Assembly (NCBI GenBank): GCA_028286565.1
Contig: JAQBRH010000004.1
Coordinates: 122,168-186,167 of the forward strand
Direction: 5' to 3'
Source: Parcubacteria group bacterium
GTDB lineage: Bacteria > Patescibacteriota > Minisyncoccia > Phycocordibacterales > Zambryskibacteraceae
DNA length: 64,000 bases
Each line of letters begins with the position of its first letter. Position 1 is the first letter of the stretch. The position numbers and the translations under genes were made by a program. Below are positions 17,725-26,370 of this stretch, piece by piece. The notes beneath the pieces were generated by a model. It saw only the letters and a program-made list of their open reading frames with translations. It did no database searches and was not told the origin of the DNA.

Positions 17725-18177
17725 TCAGGTTCCAAATATAGCGTTGACTAGTCTCCTGGCATCAGCATCTCGAGCAGCATCGGCATCTCGAGCGGCATGA
17801 GCAACCTGAGCTTGCCACCTTATGGCATCTTGAGCCCAGCCGCAAGGCACATACAAATGCTCAGGCTTGAAGTCATTGCAGAGTTTGGCTAGGTTATCGA
17901 CCTTCACCTTAACGAAATCGATCTGCTTTTGCTCCTGATCGAAAGTCATGACCCACAGTTCCTTGCGCACTTTGCCTTTGTTCTCGAGATGCATCCTGCG
18001 TGTGTCGAGCAGAACGTGTGCACTCTCGGTGGTCTGCACCAGTCCTCTACTACGTAACAACTCCCAGACTTCGCTTAGAAGACACCACCCCCAGTAGGCC
18101 ATCTTTCCCGCACGTTCGAATTCGTCTGAATTACCGTGGAGGTGATATGTCTGGGGTAACACCGGAAGAAGTTGCAC
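17725..18177 (-). CDS. Hypothetical protein (150 aa) with a short ARDADA tandem repeat at the C-terminus
   Basis: ORF with no motifs. A 21-nt near-perfect tandem duplication at about 17760-17805 encodes ARDADAARDADARR. Confidence 0.45.
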   Translation of the reverse strand: MQLLPVLPQTYHLHGNSDEFERAGKMAYWGWCLLSEVWELLRSRGLVQTTESAHVLLDTRRMHLENKGKVRKELWVMTFDQEQKQIDFVKVKVDNLAKLCNDFKPEHLYVPCGWAQDAIRWQAQVAHAARDADAARDADARRLVNAIFGT

Positions 18178-18277
18178 GATGGATCCTTCCTGCCTTGGGC
18201 AGGTGGCTTAAGGATAATGGGTGCACGGGGTGTGCAGTCCGAAAATTAAAATATCACAACATTATAGGTTAGTCAAC

Positions 18278-18355
18278 ACAAAACCCCGCCATGCGGGGTT
18301 TTGTCCCCTCTCCCTACCTAGGAGAGGGGAGACACGGCGTACGGGTGAGGTTATT
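18278..18355 (-). repeat. Copy A of a ~70-nt 3'-flank element: two tandem hairpins (ccccgc/gcgggg and ccctctcc/ggagaggg) plus U-tract, abutting a stop codon
   Basis: Near-identical to 21118-21186 (aaaa-cccc-gcgggg-ttttgtc-cctctcc...taggagagggg...ggtgaggttattt). Acts as a terminator for minus-strand transcription. Confidence 0.7.
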
Positions 18356-18419
18356 TGAGTGTTACTTTTCCACCAGCCGTCGTCGCAAGCTCCTCCTTAA
18401 GAACCCTCGGTTCTCAACG
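18351..18419 (-). pseudogene. Degenerate duplicated 3' end of rplL (encodes ...EPRVLKEELATTAGGKVTLK then stop)
   Basis: Hand translation of the minus strand gives GGKVTLK-stop, identical to the C-terminus of the intact rplL 150 nt away (..EEAGGKVTLK), preceded by a related LKEEL segment and an in-frame TGA upstream. Confidence 0.55.
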
Positions 18420-18502
18420 AAAAATGCCCATATGGGCATTTTTCTGCTTTCCTCCACGGGAGACCAGATGTTCTCCCGACCCCTCTCAAGCTGTCGTAAA
18501 AG

Positions 18503-18991
18503 TTACTTTAAAGTAACTTTTCCTCCAGCTTCTTCGATTCGCTTCTTCAATTCTGCGGCTTCTTCGTTCTTCATATCGGTCTTCAACATAGAAGGAGCTG
18601 CGTCGACGAGATCCTTGGCTTCCTTGAGGCCGAGTCCGAGGATTTCCTTGACCACCTTGATGACGGCGATCTTGTTCGCACCGCCGTCGGTGAGCTCAAC
18701 GTTCGCGGTCGACTTTGCGTCTTCTGCAGGACCCGCTGCGGCGGCCGGGCCGGCTGCGGCGACGGCGGTAGCCGAGACGCCGAACTTCTCTTCGAATACC
18801 TTGACGAGTTCGTTAAGGTCGAGGACAGACATCTCTTCGATCTCCTTTACGATCTTTGAGAACTTCGCAGGAACTGCGACTTCTTTCTCCGCCTTGGCTT
18901 CAGGCTTAACTTCCGCCTTAGCCTCTGCTTTGGCCTCGGGAGCGGGAGCGGCAGTTTCCTCCGCCGGTGCTGTGTTTGTAGTGTCGTCCAT
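18503..18991 (-). CDS. rplL: 50S ribosomal protein L7/L12
   Basis: Ala/Glu-rich hinge and C-terminal domain (GGANKIAVIKVVKEILGLGLKEAKDLVDAAPSMLK...EEAGGKVTLK). Confidence 0.93.
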   Translation of the reverse strand: MDDTTNTAPAEETAAPAPEAKAEAKAEVKPEAKAEKEVAVPAKFSKIVKEIEEMSVLDLNELVKVFEEKFGVSATAVAAAGPAAAAGPAEDAKSTANVELTDGGANKIAVIKVVKEILGLGLKEAKDLVDAAPSMLKTDMKNEEAAELKKRIEEAGGKVTLK

Positions 18992-19009
18992 TGTGGTAAT
19001 TTTAATTTA

Positions 19010-19498
19010 TTAAGACTTCTTCTCTGCTATCTGACCGAGCGCGATAGCGAAACGCTGTATCGGAGAATTGATGATGTTCACGAACATGCCTCGGAGCACC
19101 GGAGTGGTCGGGATCGTAGCGATCCCCTCCATCTCGGACTTCGACATGTATCTTCCTTCGAAAACTCCGCCGAGGATCTTCAATCCTTCAGGGAATTTCT
19201 TCTGGAATCCGTAGACTCCTCTCGCCGGAGCGATGAGGTCATCGGACCAGGCCATAGCGAGCTCGCCTGTGAGTTCGGGCTGAGCGCCTTCGAACTTTTC
19301 GGAATCGAGCACGCGCTTGGTCAAGGATTTCTTGGCCACCGAGTACGACACTCCCTCTGTTTTGAGGGTGCGGCGCATGGCGGAAGCCTGCGAAACCTTG
19401 AGGCCGTGGAAGTTGACGAAGACGAGGGACTTGGCGCTCTTTAGAGCATCCGCGAGCTTGTCTACAATTTCTCCTTTCTTGGCTTTGGATATTGCCAT
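19010..19498 (-). CDS. rplJ: 50S ribosomal protein L10
   Basis: 162-aa L10 (MAISKAKKGEIVDKLADALKSAKSLVFVNFHGLKVSQASAMRRTLK...) immediately upstream of rplL. Confidence 0.93.
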   Translation of the reverse strand: MAISKAKKGEIVDKLADALKSAKSLVFVNFHGLKVSQASAMRRTLKTEGVSYSVAKKSLTKRVLDSEKFEGAQPELTGELAMAWSDDLIAPARGVYGFQKKFPEGLKILGGVFEGRYMSKSEMEGIATIPTTPVLRGMFVNIINSPIQRFAIALGQIAEKKS

Positions 19499-19664
19499 GC
19501 TGTTAATGGTTAACGAACAAAAAAAGACCCATATAAGGCCTCGACATCCACATATGAAATGGGAGTGAGAGAGATCTCGGAAGGAGCTTAGTACCCTTGC
19601 GGGCTGCCTTCTGTCTTCGACCTTACGGGGATTACTTTATAGGAAAACGGAGAAAAGTCAAATA
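19499..19664 (-). promoter_or_regulatory. Long 5' leader of rplJ (candidate L10 autoregulatory leader) with upstream -35 TTGACT / -10 TAAAGT
   Basis: About 150-nt untranslated region between a terminator (19665-19690) and the rplJ start. L10 operons classically carry a structured leader bound by L10-(L12)n. The structure here was not verified. Confidence 0.35.
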
Positions 19665-19690
19665 AAAAAATCCTGACCGTAGTCAGGAAA
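19665..19690 (-). terminator. Terminator cctgac-cgta-gtcagg plus T7 run (minus orientation)
   Basis: Minus-strand read tttcctgactacggtcaggattttttt; it overlaps the stop of the 91-aa ORF at 19683. Confidence 0.6.
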
Positions 19691-19958
19691 CTTGGGATAC
19701 AACTCTCAGGCCCAGTCGCGCCGCATGGAAGCGCCGATAGGAAGAAATGTTCGGGATAGTCTCCGTAAGCTCTCGGAGCTTTTTGTGAAGCTCATCCGGA
19801 TTGTAGCGGATAAAAGCTCTCCGACTACCGCCTCTTCTTTCTACGCACCAGAGGCAGAAGTCGAGATACAGCCATTCCGCAAGACCGAAGATCGCAAGGG
19901 CAAAGAATACATAAGACGCAGCCAATGGGCGCATACGCTCCTCTCTGAGAAAGGACAT
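19683..19958 (-). CDS. Possible small membrane protein (91 aa)
   Basis: ORF ending in the terminator above, with a hydrophobic segment YVFFALAIFGLAEWLYLDFCLWCV. A competing plus-strand ORF overlaps it, so the call is low confidence. Confidence 0.3.
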   Translation of the reverse strand: MSFLREERMRPLAASYVFFALAIFGLAEWLYLDFCLWCVERRGGSRRAFIRYNPDELHKKLRELTETIPNISSYRRFHAARLGLRVVSQVS

Positions 19959-20014
19959 GGGTCTAAAGCCAGACTATCTTAATTAAAATAAAAAGCAAAT
20001 AAAAAAGCACGAAA

Positions 20015-20290
20015 TTATTCGCGCTGAGCGGGAACGTAATGTTCGACGGTGCAGGCAGAAACACTCTCGATCGCAAGGGGGTTTTTCGCCCGCAGCGTAT
20101 TGCATCGCTTGAGCAGAAGTTCTGCACGCTGCTGAATGAAGACTGTGGGCGCGTCCGTCTGAGCGAGGACGAGCAAGTGGCCAATGTCAGAGATGATCTT
20201 GCGCCGAAGCTTGAGTCTCTCAGGATCAGCTCTGTTAGCCTGAGCATCCTCTTCTGCGGTGGGCATTTCGTCGATATCGGGACCGGGCAT
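20015..20290 (-). CDS. Hypothetical small protein (91 aa, acidic N-terminus)
   Basis: GAGGA RBS 6 nt upstream of the ATG and a perfect TTGACA -35 further upstream. A competing plus-strand ORF (20039-20332) cannot be excluded. Confidence 0.35.
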   Translation of the reverse strand: MPGPDIDEMPTAEEDAQANRADPERLKLRRKIISDIGHLLVLAQTDAPTVFIQQRAELLLKRCNTLRAKNPLAIESVSACTVEHYVPAQRE

Positions 20291-20398
20291 TGTGTCCTCA
20301 CTGGTAAAAGAGCGTGTACCTTACTCCTTTAAGAAATATCATTTCAACCAACTAATGTCAATCAAAAAACTCGGGGATTTTTGAATTTTAAACGTGTA

Positions 20399-20737
20399 TT
20401 ACTTCGGTTCAACAATTACCGCTGTGCCGTAGGCGAGGACTTCGGTGACGCCCTGCATCAGCTCTGTGGTGTCGTATTTGAACCCTATGACGGCGTTTGC
20501 GCCCATTTCTGCAGCATGGGTGAGCATCAGGTCAAAAGCATCTTCTCTGGTCTTCTCGCAGAGTTCGGTCAGGATCGTGATGTTCCCTCCGATGAGAGTC
20601 TGGAGCCCCGCTCCGATCGATCCGACGATCGAACGCGAACGCACAATGATGCCTCGAGAAATACCGATATTCTTTACTACCTTATACGCATCGAGCTCGA
20701 ACGCTGTGGTCACCATGTTGTGGGGTATTGTTGTCAT
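20399..20737 (-). CDS. YbjQ/UPF0145 family protein
   Basis: ~110-aa protein with the typical Gly-rich repeated pattern (GIIVRSRSIVGSIGAGLQTLIGGNITILTE...GANAVIGFKYD...GTAVIVEP). Confidence 0.8.
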   Translation of the reverse strand: MTTIPHNMVTTAFELDAYKVVKNIGISRGIIVRSRSIVGSIGAGLQTLIGGNITILTELCEKTREDAFDLMLTHAAEMGANAVIGFKYDTTELMQGVTEVLAYGTAVIVEPK

Positions 20738-20809
20738 AAACCTATTTTAACACAAGCAAAAATCAATTTTTACGTGAGATATCCCAGGAGAGAAGGGATA
20801 AATTAAACC

Positions 20810-21103
20810 TCAGGAAGTCCAAATGGAACTGATAATCCAAACTGAACCGAGGATCAGGATGACCGCAGAGACTCCAAACAAAGTAATAAATCTTCCCTCT
20901 TGTTGTTTTCTGACTTCACTCACCAGTCCCACAATCAGTCCAAGAATTGCAACAATAGCTACGATTATCGCAGCACCGTAAATGCCAAAAGCGACTCCGA
21001 AGCCTTCCGCACCGCTAGCTGTATTGCTTTCGTATATCCAAAAGAATAAATGCACAACTACCACAGCTATAAGTGAAAGAAACACCTTGGTAATTATTTT
21101 CAT
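20810..21103 (-). CDS. Small membrane protein (97 aa, 3 TM)
   Basis: Start taken at the internal ATG (MKIITKVFLSLIAVVVVHLFF...). The track ORF runs upstream into rplB and is not credible. The ATG lies 6 nt after a TATACT (leaderless pattern). Confidence 0.55.
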   Translation of the reverse strand: MKIITKVFLSLIAVVVVHLFFWIYESNTASGAEGFGVAFGIYGAAIIVAIVAILGLIVGLVSEVRKQQEGRFITLFGVSAVILILGSVWIISSIWTS

Positions 21104-21117
21104 ATATACAGTATATA

Positions 21118-21186
21118 CACAAAATCCCCTTGCGGGGACTTTTGTCTCCCTCTCCTTTCGTCTAGGAGAGGGGTGGGGTGAGGTTA
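21118..21186 (-). repeat. Copy B of the ~70-nt tandem-hairpin 3'-flank element, immediately after the rplB stop codon
   Basis: The alignment to 18278-18355 is near-identical across both hairpins and through the stop codon (ggtgaggTTAttt). Confidence 0.7.
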
Positions 21187-22023
21187 TTTCTTTCCGACCT
21201 TTCGTCTTCGGACGATGAATTTGTTCGAGTATTTCTTTGCTCGGCGGGATTTCTGGCCCTTTCCGGTCGGCTTGCCGTAGATAGAGATCGCTCGGCGTCG
21301 TCCTCGACCCTGGCGGCCTTCTCCTCCTCCGTGCGGGTGGTCGACGGGGTTCATGGCCGTACCGCGGACGGTAGGGCGAATGCCAAGCCATCGTGAGCGT
21401 CCGGCCTTCCCGAGGTTTGTGAGGCGGTTCTCATCGTTCGAGACCTCGCCGATGGTTGCCCAGGCGTTCTCAGGGACCTTCCTCACTTCGCTCGAAGGCA
21501 TCTTGATGTCCACGTAGCCTCCGTCCTTGGCCGAGACCTCGACATAGTTCCCTCCTGATCGAGCTACTCGCGCGCCTCCTTGAGACTTGAGCTCGACGTT
21601 GTAGATAAATGTTCCGACGGGGATGTTTTTGAGGGGAAGCTTGTTGCCGGGAACGAGCGGAGCATTATCTGAAGCGATGAAAGTATCTCCGACCTTCACA
21701 TTCTTCGGGAGAAGGGCGTATCGCCTCTCTCCGTCCTTGTAGGCCACGAGTCCGATGAATCCCGAGCGGTTCGGATCGTATTCAACGGTCTTCACGGTGA
21801 AGGGGACGTTCGGCTTGTTGTATGTAAAATCAATGTCTCGGAACAATCTTTTGTGCCCGCCACCCTTGTGTCGAGTAGTGATGCGCCCGGTGTTGTTGCG
21901 TCCGTTCGCTCGGCGAAAACCGGTGGTAAGGGACTTCAAAGGCTCGCTCTTCGTCAAGAACTTCTTGAATTCGACGTGAGTCGTTTGTCGGTTCGATTTG
22001 GTTGTGGGTTTGTATCGTTTCAT
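21184..22023 (-). CDS. rplB: 50S ribosomal protein L2
   Basis: 279-aa L2 (..GRNNTGRITTRHKGGGHKRLFR..., C-terminal GGGEGRQGRGRR...). Confidence 0.97.
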   Translation of the reverse strand: MKRYKPTTKSNRQTTHVEFKKFLTKSEPLKSLTTGFRRANGRNNTGRITTRHKGGGHKRLFRDIDFTYNKPNVPFTVKTVEYDPNRSGFIGLVAYKDGERRYALLPKNVKVGDTFIASDNAPLVPGNKLPLKNIPVGTFIYNVELKSQGGARVARSGGNYVEVSAKDGGYVDIKMPSSEVRKVPENAWATIGEVSNDENRLTNLGKAGRSRWLGIRPTVRGTAMNPVDHPHGGGEGRQGRGRRRAISIYGKPTGKGQKSRRAKKYSNKFIVRRRKVGKK

Positions 22024-22054
22024 CGCTGTTTTTTATTGCTCGCGGGCTCGCAGA

Positions 22055-22348
22055 TTATATGACGTCGATCTTATCGTCCTTTTTCAAATAGACGTAGGCC
22101 TTCTTGCCGCCGCCCTTCACTCCCCGCTTGCCGCCTCGAAAGACCTTCTTTGTTGGGATGGCGAGGAGGCGAACCTTGATCGGAGTGACCTTGTAGGCGT
22201 CCTTGATCGAAGCGATGACGGATCTATGCGTCGCATCTTCGGTCACTTCGAATACGTAGACCCGATCCTTGTCCGCCTTCAAAGCCGCCTTCTCGGTGAT
22301 GCGAGGGCGAAGGAGAACGGTAGCCGGTTTGATGTGGATCTGGGTCAT
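22055..22348 (-). CDS. rplW: 50S ribosomal protein L23
   Basis: 97-aa protein in the canonical position between rplD and rplB. Confidence 0.93.
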   Translation of the reverse strand: MTQIHIKPATVLLRPRITEKAALKADKDRVYVFEVTEDATHRSVIASIKDAYKVTPIKVRLLAIPTKKVFRGGKRGVKGGGKKAYVYLKKDDKIDVI

Positions 22349-22349
22349 G

Positions 22350-23126
22350 TTATTTCTTTGAAGCGGTTACCTTCTTGGCCTTGCTCTTCGAAGCCTTTGG
22401 CGTAGTAGGGGCTTTCTTCTCCCTGCCCGCAACGCTCTCGCTTGCGAGGCGGGCGGGTCCTCCAAAATAATTCTTGCCCGGAAGGAGGTCGATCGAGACC
22501 GAAGGGTTTTCGATCACAACGTATTTATATTTAAGAAGCGCAAGCGGATGGAGGTTTCGGGTTTCAACGACCTCGAAGTTGCCGAGGTTGCCCATGGCTC
22601 TCTCGACATCCTTGTTCTTCGTTGAAAGGGCGACGATGGCCGAGTTGTTTCTCTTTGAGACCAATGTCTCGAACCCCTTGATGCCGGCGAATCCTTTCAT
22701 GAGCGCGATCGCATTTTTTGTCTTTGGTTCGGTCATGCCGATCGAATCAACAAAGAGCACTTCCCCGTCCTTGAACTTGCGCGAAAGGAGGGTGAAGAAG
22801 GCCTTGGCCTTCATCTTCTTCGAGATCTTCCTCTCGAAGTTCTTCTCGTTTCGTGGTCCGTGGGTGATACCTCCGCCGACCCAGATAGGAGATCGAGTAG
22901 ATCCGTGTCGGGCACGGCCGGTTCCCTTCTGCTGCCACGGCTTCTTACCTCCTCCGCGGACCTCAGAACGATCCTTGGTATGAGCGATGGCCTTGCGCTT
23001 CGAGGATTCGAGCGAGGTCGCTACCTGGTGGACAAGGTCGGAGTTCCAGTGCAAGCCGAAGAGATTCTCCGGGAGGGAGACTGAGCTGACCGCTTTGGCA
23101 TTCTTGTCGTAGACTTTTGCTTCCAT
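22350..23126 (-). CDS. rplD: 50S ribosomal protein L4 with a C-terminal K/A-rich extension
   Basis: Core RGGGKKPWQQKGTGRARHGSTRSPIWVGGGITHGP matches L4, followed by an ~40-aa lysine-rich tail. Confidence 0.95.
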   Translation of the reverse strand: MEAKVYDKNAKAVSSVSLPENLFGLHWNSDLVHQVATSLESSKRKAIAHTKDRSEVRGGGKKPWQQKGTGRARHGSTRSPIWVGGGITHGPRNEKNFERKISKKMKAKAFFTLLSRKFKDGEVLFVDSIGMTEPKTKNAIALMKGFAGIKGFETLVSKRNNSAIVALSTKNKDVERAMGNLGNFEVVETRNLHPLALLKYKYVVIENPSVSIDLLPGKNYFGGPARLASESVAGREKKAPTTPKASKSKAKKVTASKK

Positions 23127-23127
23127 G

Positions 23128-23760
23128 TTACTTGTTTATTTTTGGAGAAAGGGATTTGATCTCGACGAGGGTTCCGCGTCGTCCGGGAACGGCTCCGCCG
23201 ATCATGATCTCGTGCGTTTCAGGCACGATCTTCACGATCTTGAGGTTCTTGACCGTCACACGGTCCCCTCCCATGCGGCCTGCCATGCGCATACCGGCCA
23301 TGACTCGGCCTCCGGCTCGTCCGCCGCCTCCGATGGATCCAGGCTCGCGTTCGGAGTGCTTCTGACCGTGTGAGCGTCGGCCTCCTTTAAAGCCGTGCCG
23401 CTTTACTACTCCCTGAAATCCCTTGCCTTTGGAAATGGCAGTCACTGAGACCGTATCCCCTTCGGCAAAGATCGAGAGATCGATCGTGTCCCCGACGTTC
23501 AATGTTTCCGCATCCGTCAGGCGATACTCCTTCAGGTGAGCGTGCTTCGCTCCCTTCATGTGGCCGAGGATCGCTTTGGTGATGTTCTTCTCGCGCTTTT
23601 CACCAAACCCGATCTGGGCCGCTTTGTATCCGTCTCTCGTCATGTCCTTCAAAGCGACGACGGTCGAAGGGGTCGCCGAAAGCACCGTGACCGGATAGGT
23701 CAGGCCTTGTTCGTCGAAGACTTGGGTCATCGCAACTTTTTTGGCAAGAAGAAATTTCAT
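23128..23760 (-). CDS. rplC: 50S ribosomal protein L3
   Basis: 210-aa L3 (..GTSKGKGFQGVVKRHGFKGG...). Confidence 0.95.
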   Translation of the reverse strand: MKFLLAKKVAMTQVFDEQGLTYPVTVLSATPSTVVALKDMTRDGYKAAQIGFGEKREKNITKAILGHMKGAKHAHLKEYRLTDAETLNVGDTIDLSIFAEGDTVSVTAISKGKGFQGVVKRHGFKGGRRSHGQKHSEREPGSIGGGGRAGGRVMAGMRMAGRMGGDRVTVKNLKIVKIVPETHEIMIGGAVPGRRGTLVEIKSLSPKINK

Positions 23761-23787
23761 GGCGGTGGAGTCTGTAGAGTTCAGACG

Positions 23788-24153
23788 TTAGATGAGTTTA
23801 ACGTCAATGTTCACTCCTGAGGGAAGACTGAGGTTTGTTAAGGACTCGATGATCTTCGGGGTCGGGTTCACTATATCGATGAGCCGTTTGTGTATTCGCA
23901 TCTCGAATTGTTCTCGCGCGTTCTTGTACACGAATGCAGCTCGGTTCACCGTATAGATCTTTTTCTCCGTCGGCAGAGGGATCGGTCCTTGCACTTCCGC
24001 GTCGAAGCGGAGAGCGGTATCGATGATCTGCTTCACGGAGACATCAAGGATCTTCGACTCATATGCGCGAACGCGTATGCGAAGGAGCGAACGGTCAGGC
24101 GCTGCGGCCTTCGCTTTCGAAGCTTTCTTTTCCTTGGTTGTTTCCTTGGTCAT
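23788..24153 (-). CDS. rpsJ: 30S ribosomal protein S10 with an N-terminal K/A-rich extension
   Basis: Core [71 protein letters not shown] matches S10. Confidence 0.93.
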   Translation of the reverse strand: MTKETTKEKKASKAKAAAPDRSLLRIRVRAYESKILDVSVKQIIDTALRFDAEVQGPIPLPTEKKIYTVNRAAFVYKNAREQFEMRIHKRLIDIVNPTPKIIESLTNLSLPSGVNIDVKLI

Positions 24154-24176
24154 TGTAAGGTGCTAGTAGAGGATGC

Positions 24177-25367
<1,191 letters not shown>

Positions 25368-25607
25368 TGTATTTTAAAGTGAGTTAATGAGACGAAGAGA
25401 GCGCGCGAGAACTGTTGCTCTCTTCGGCCCAGAACCGGTAATAAGCGCGCAGTAAAGCCATATACATCTGATTCTTATAAAGATTAGATCTCAAAGAGCC
25501 AAACGAACATAGCACATAACGCGTAAGCGCTATCTTAGCAGAGGGGTCAAAATAGTCAATGCCTTACGGGCTAAAACGGCAGGATAAGAAAAAATCCCAG
25601 CTTTCGG

Positions 25608-25940
25608 CTAGGACGAACGGCGGCGGAACATGAGCGACCGAGAGCTGAACGGCTCTTTGGGCGAATCTCCATAGACCTCGAAGGGAAACTCGGCGGCTTG
25701 AAGCCAGATATTCGTGATCCGGACATGCTCTTCGGTCATGCCAGGGGATCGGCATACCTCGCCGAAGCCATAGGCGGTGATGAGTACCTTGCAAAGGTCC
25801 AAGTCCCCTTCAAAGTGGACGAGCATATTCTCGTACGTCTCCTTGTCCGGCTTGCTCGGTGCTTCTGCGCGCGGTTTTGCGACAGCACCGCAGTCCGAGC
25901 CCACATATGTGGCCACTTCATCTGATCCGGGGTTCGACAT
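25608..25940 (-). CDS. Hypothetical protein (110 aa)
   Basis: ORF only; sits between the 105-aa ORF and tuf. A hairpin without a U-tract (25404-25437) follows it. Confidence 0.3.
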   Translation of the reverse strand: MSNPGSDEVATYVGSDCGAVAKPRAEAPSKPDKETYENMLVHFEGDLDLCKVLITAYGFGEVCRSPGMTEEHVRITNIWLQAAEFPFEVYGDSPKEPFSSRSLMFRRRSS

Positions 25941-26010
25941 GCATACCTCTCTTTGGAGTGCGAGTCTGCAGCTACTCTATACCAAGTCAGAGGTAAAAGA
26001 AAAGACCCCG

Positions 26011-26328
26011 TTATTCCGGGGTCACACGCTTGAGGATCACCTTGCCTTCTCTGGTAAGGCGGACTCGATGGGGCTTCTTGTGCTGGACAAAAACCCCGTT
26101 CATCCCTCCAACAATGGATCGCGCCCCTGAAGGAAGGTCGTTGATCTTGCACTCACCGGTCTTCGAGAGGAGGGCGAGGACAACGCGCGCGCCCTCCGCT
26201 TTGAAGAATCGGCTATAATCGGCCAGTTCATCAGGAGTCGGAAGGTCATCCTCGTCCGGGCCTGCAGATGTATACATATGCATGTCTCCACAAAGGGTCT
26301 GGGGACACTGTACTGAAACAAAAGACAA
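26011..26328 (-). CDS. Hypothetical small protein, possibly winged-helix-like (start uncertain; MHMYTS at 26283 is plausible)
   Basis: C-terminal RVVLALLSKTGECKINDLPSGARSIVGGMNGVFVQHKKPHRVRLTREGKVIL resembles a wHTH. Assigned on pattern only. Confidence 0.35.
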   Translation of the reverse strand: MSFVSVQCPQTLCGDMHMYTSAGPDEDDLPTPDELADYSRFFKAEGARVVLALLSKTGECKINDLPSGARSIVGGMNGVFVQHKKPHRVRLTREGKVILKRVTPE

Positions 26329-26334
26329 AAGAAA

Positions 26335-26350
26335 AGCCCCTCTCGGGCTC
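26335..26350 (-). terminator. Terminator agccc-ctctc-gggct followed by a U-rich tract, closing the 609-aa gene
   Basis: Minus-strand read agagcccgagaggggcttttcttttgtcttttg. Confidence 0.55.
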
Positions 26351-26370
26351 TTACAACCTCTGCCTCCTAT

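Noticed and set aside
18291-19013. 240-aa plus-strand ORF (A/S-rich) overlapping rplL on the opposite strand
   Set aside because: It is exactly antisense to a confidently identified ribosomal gene and has a low-complexity composition typical of antisense frames of Ala/Glu-rich genes.
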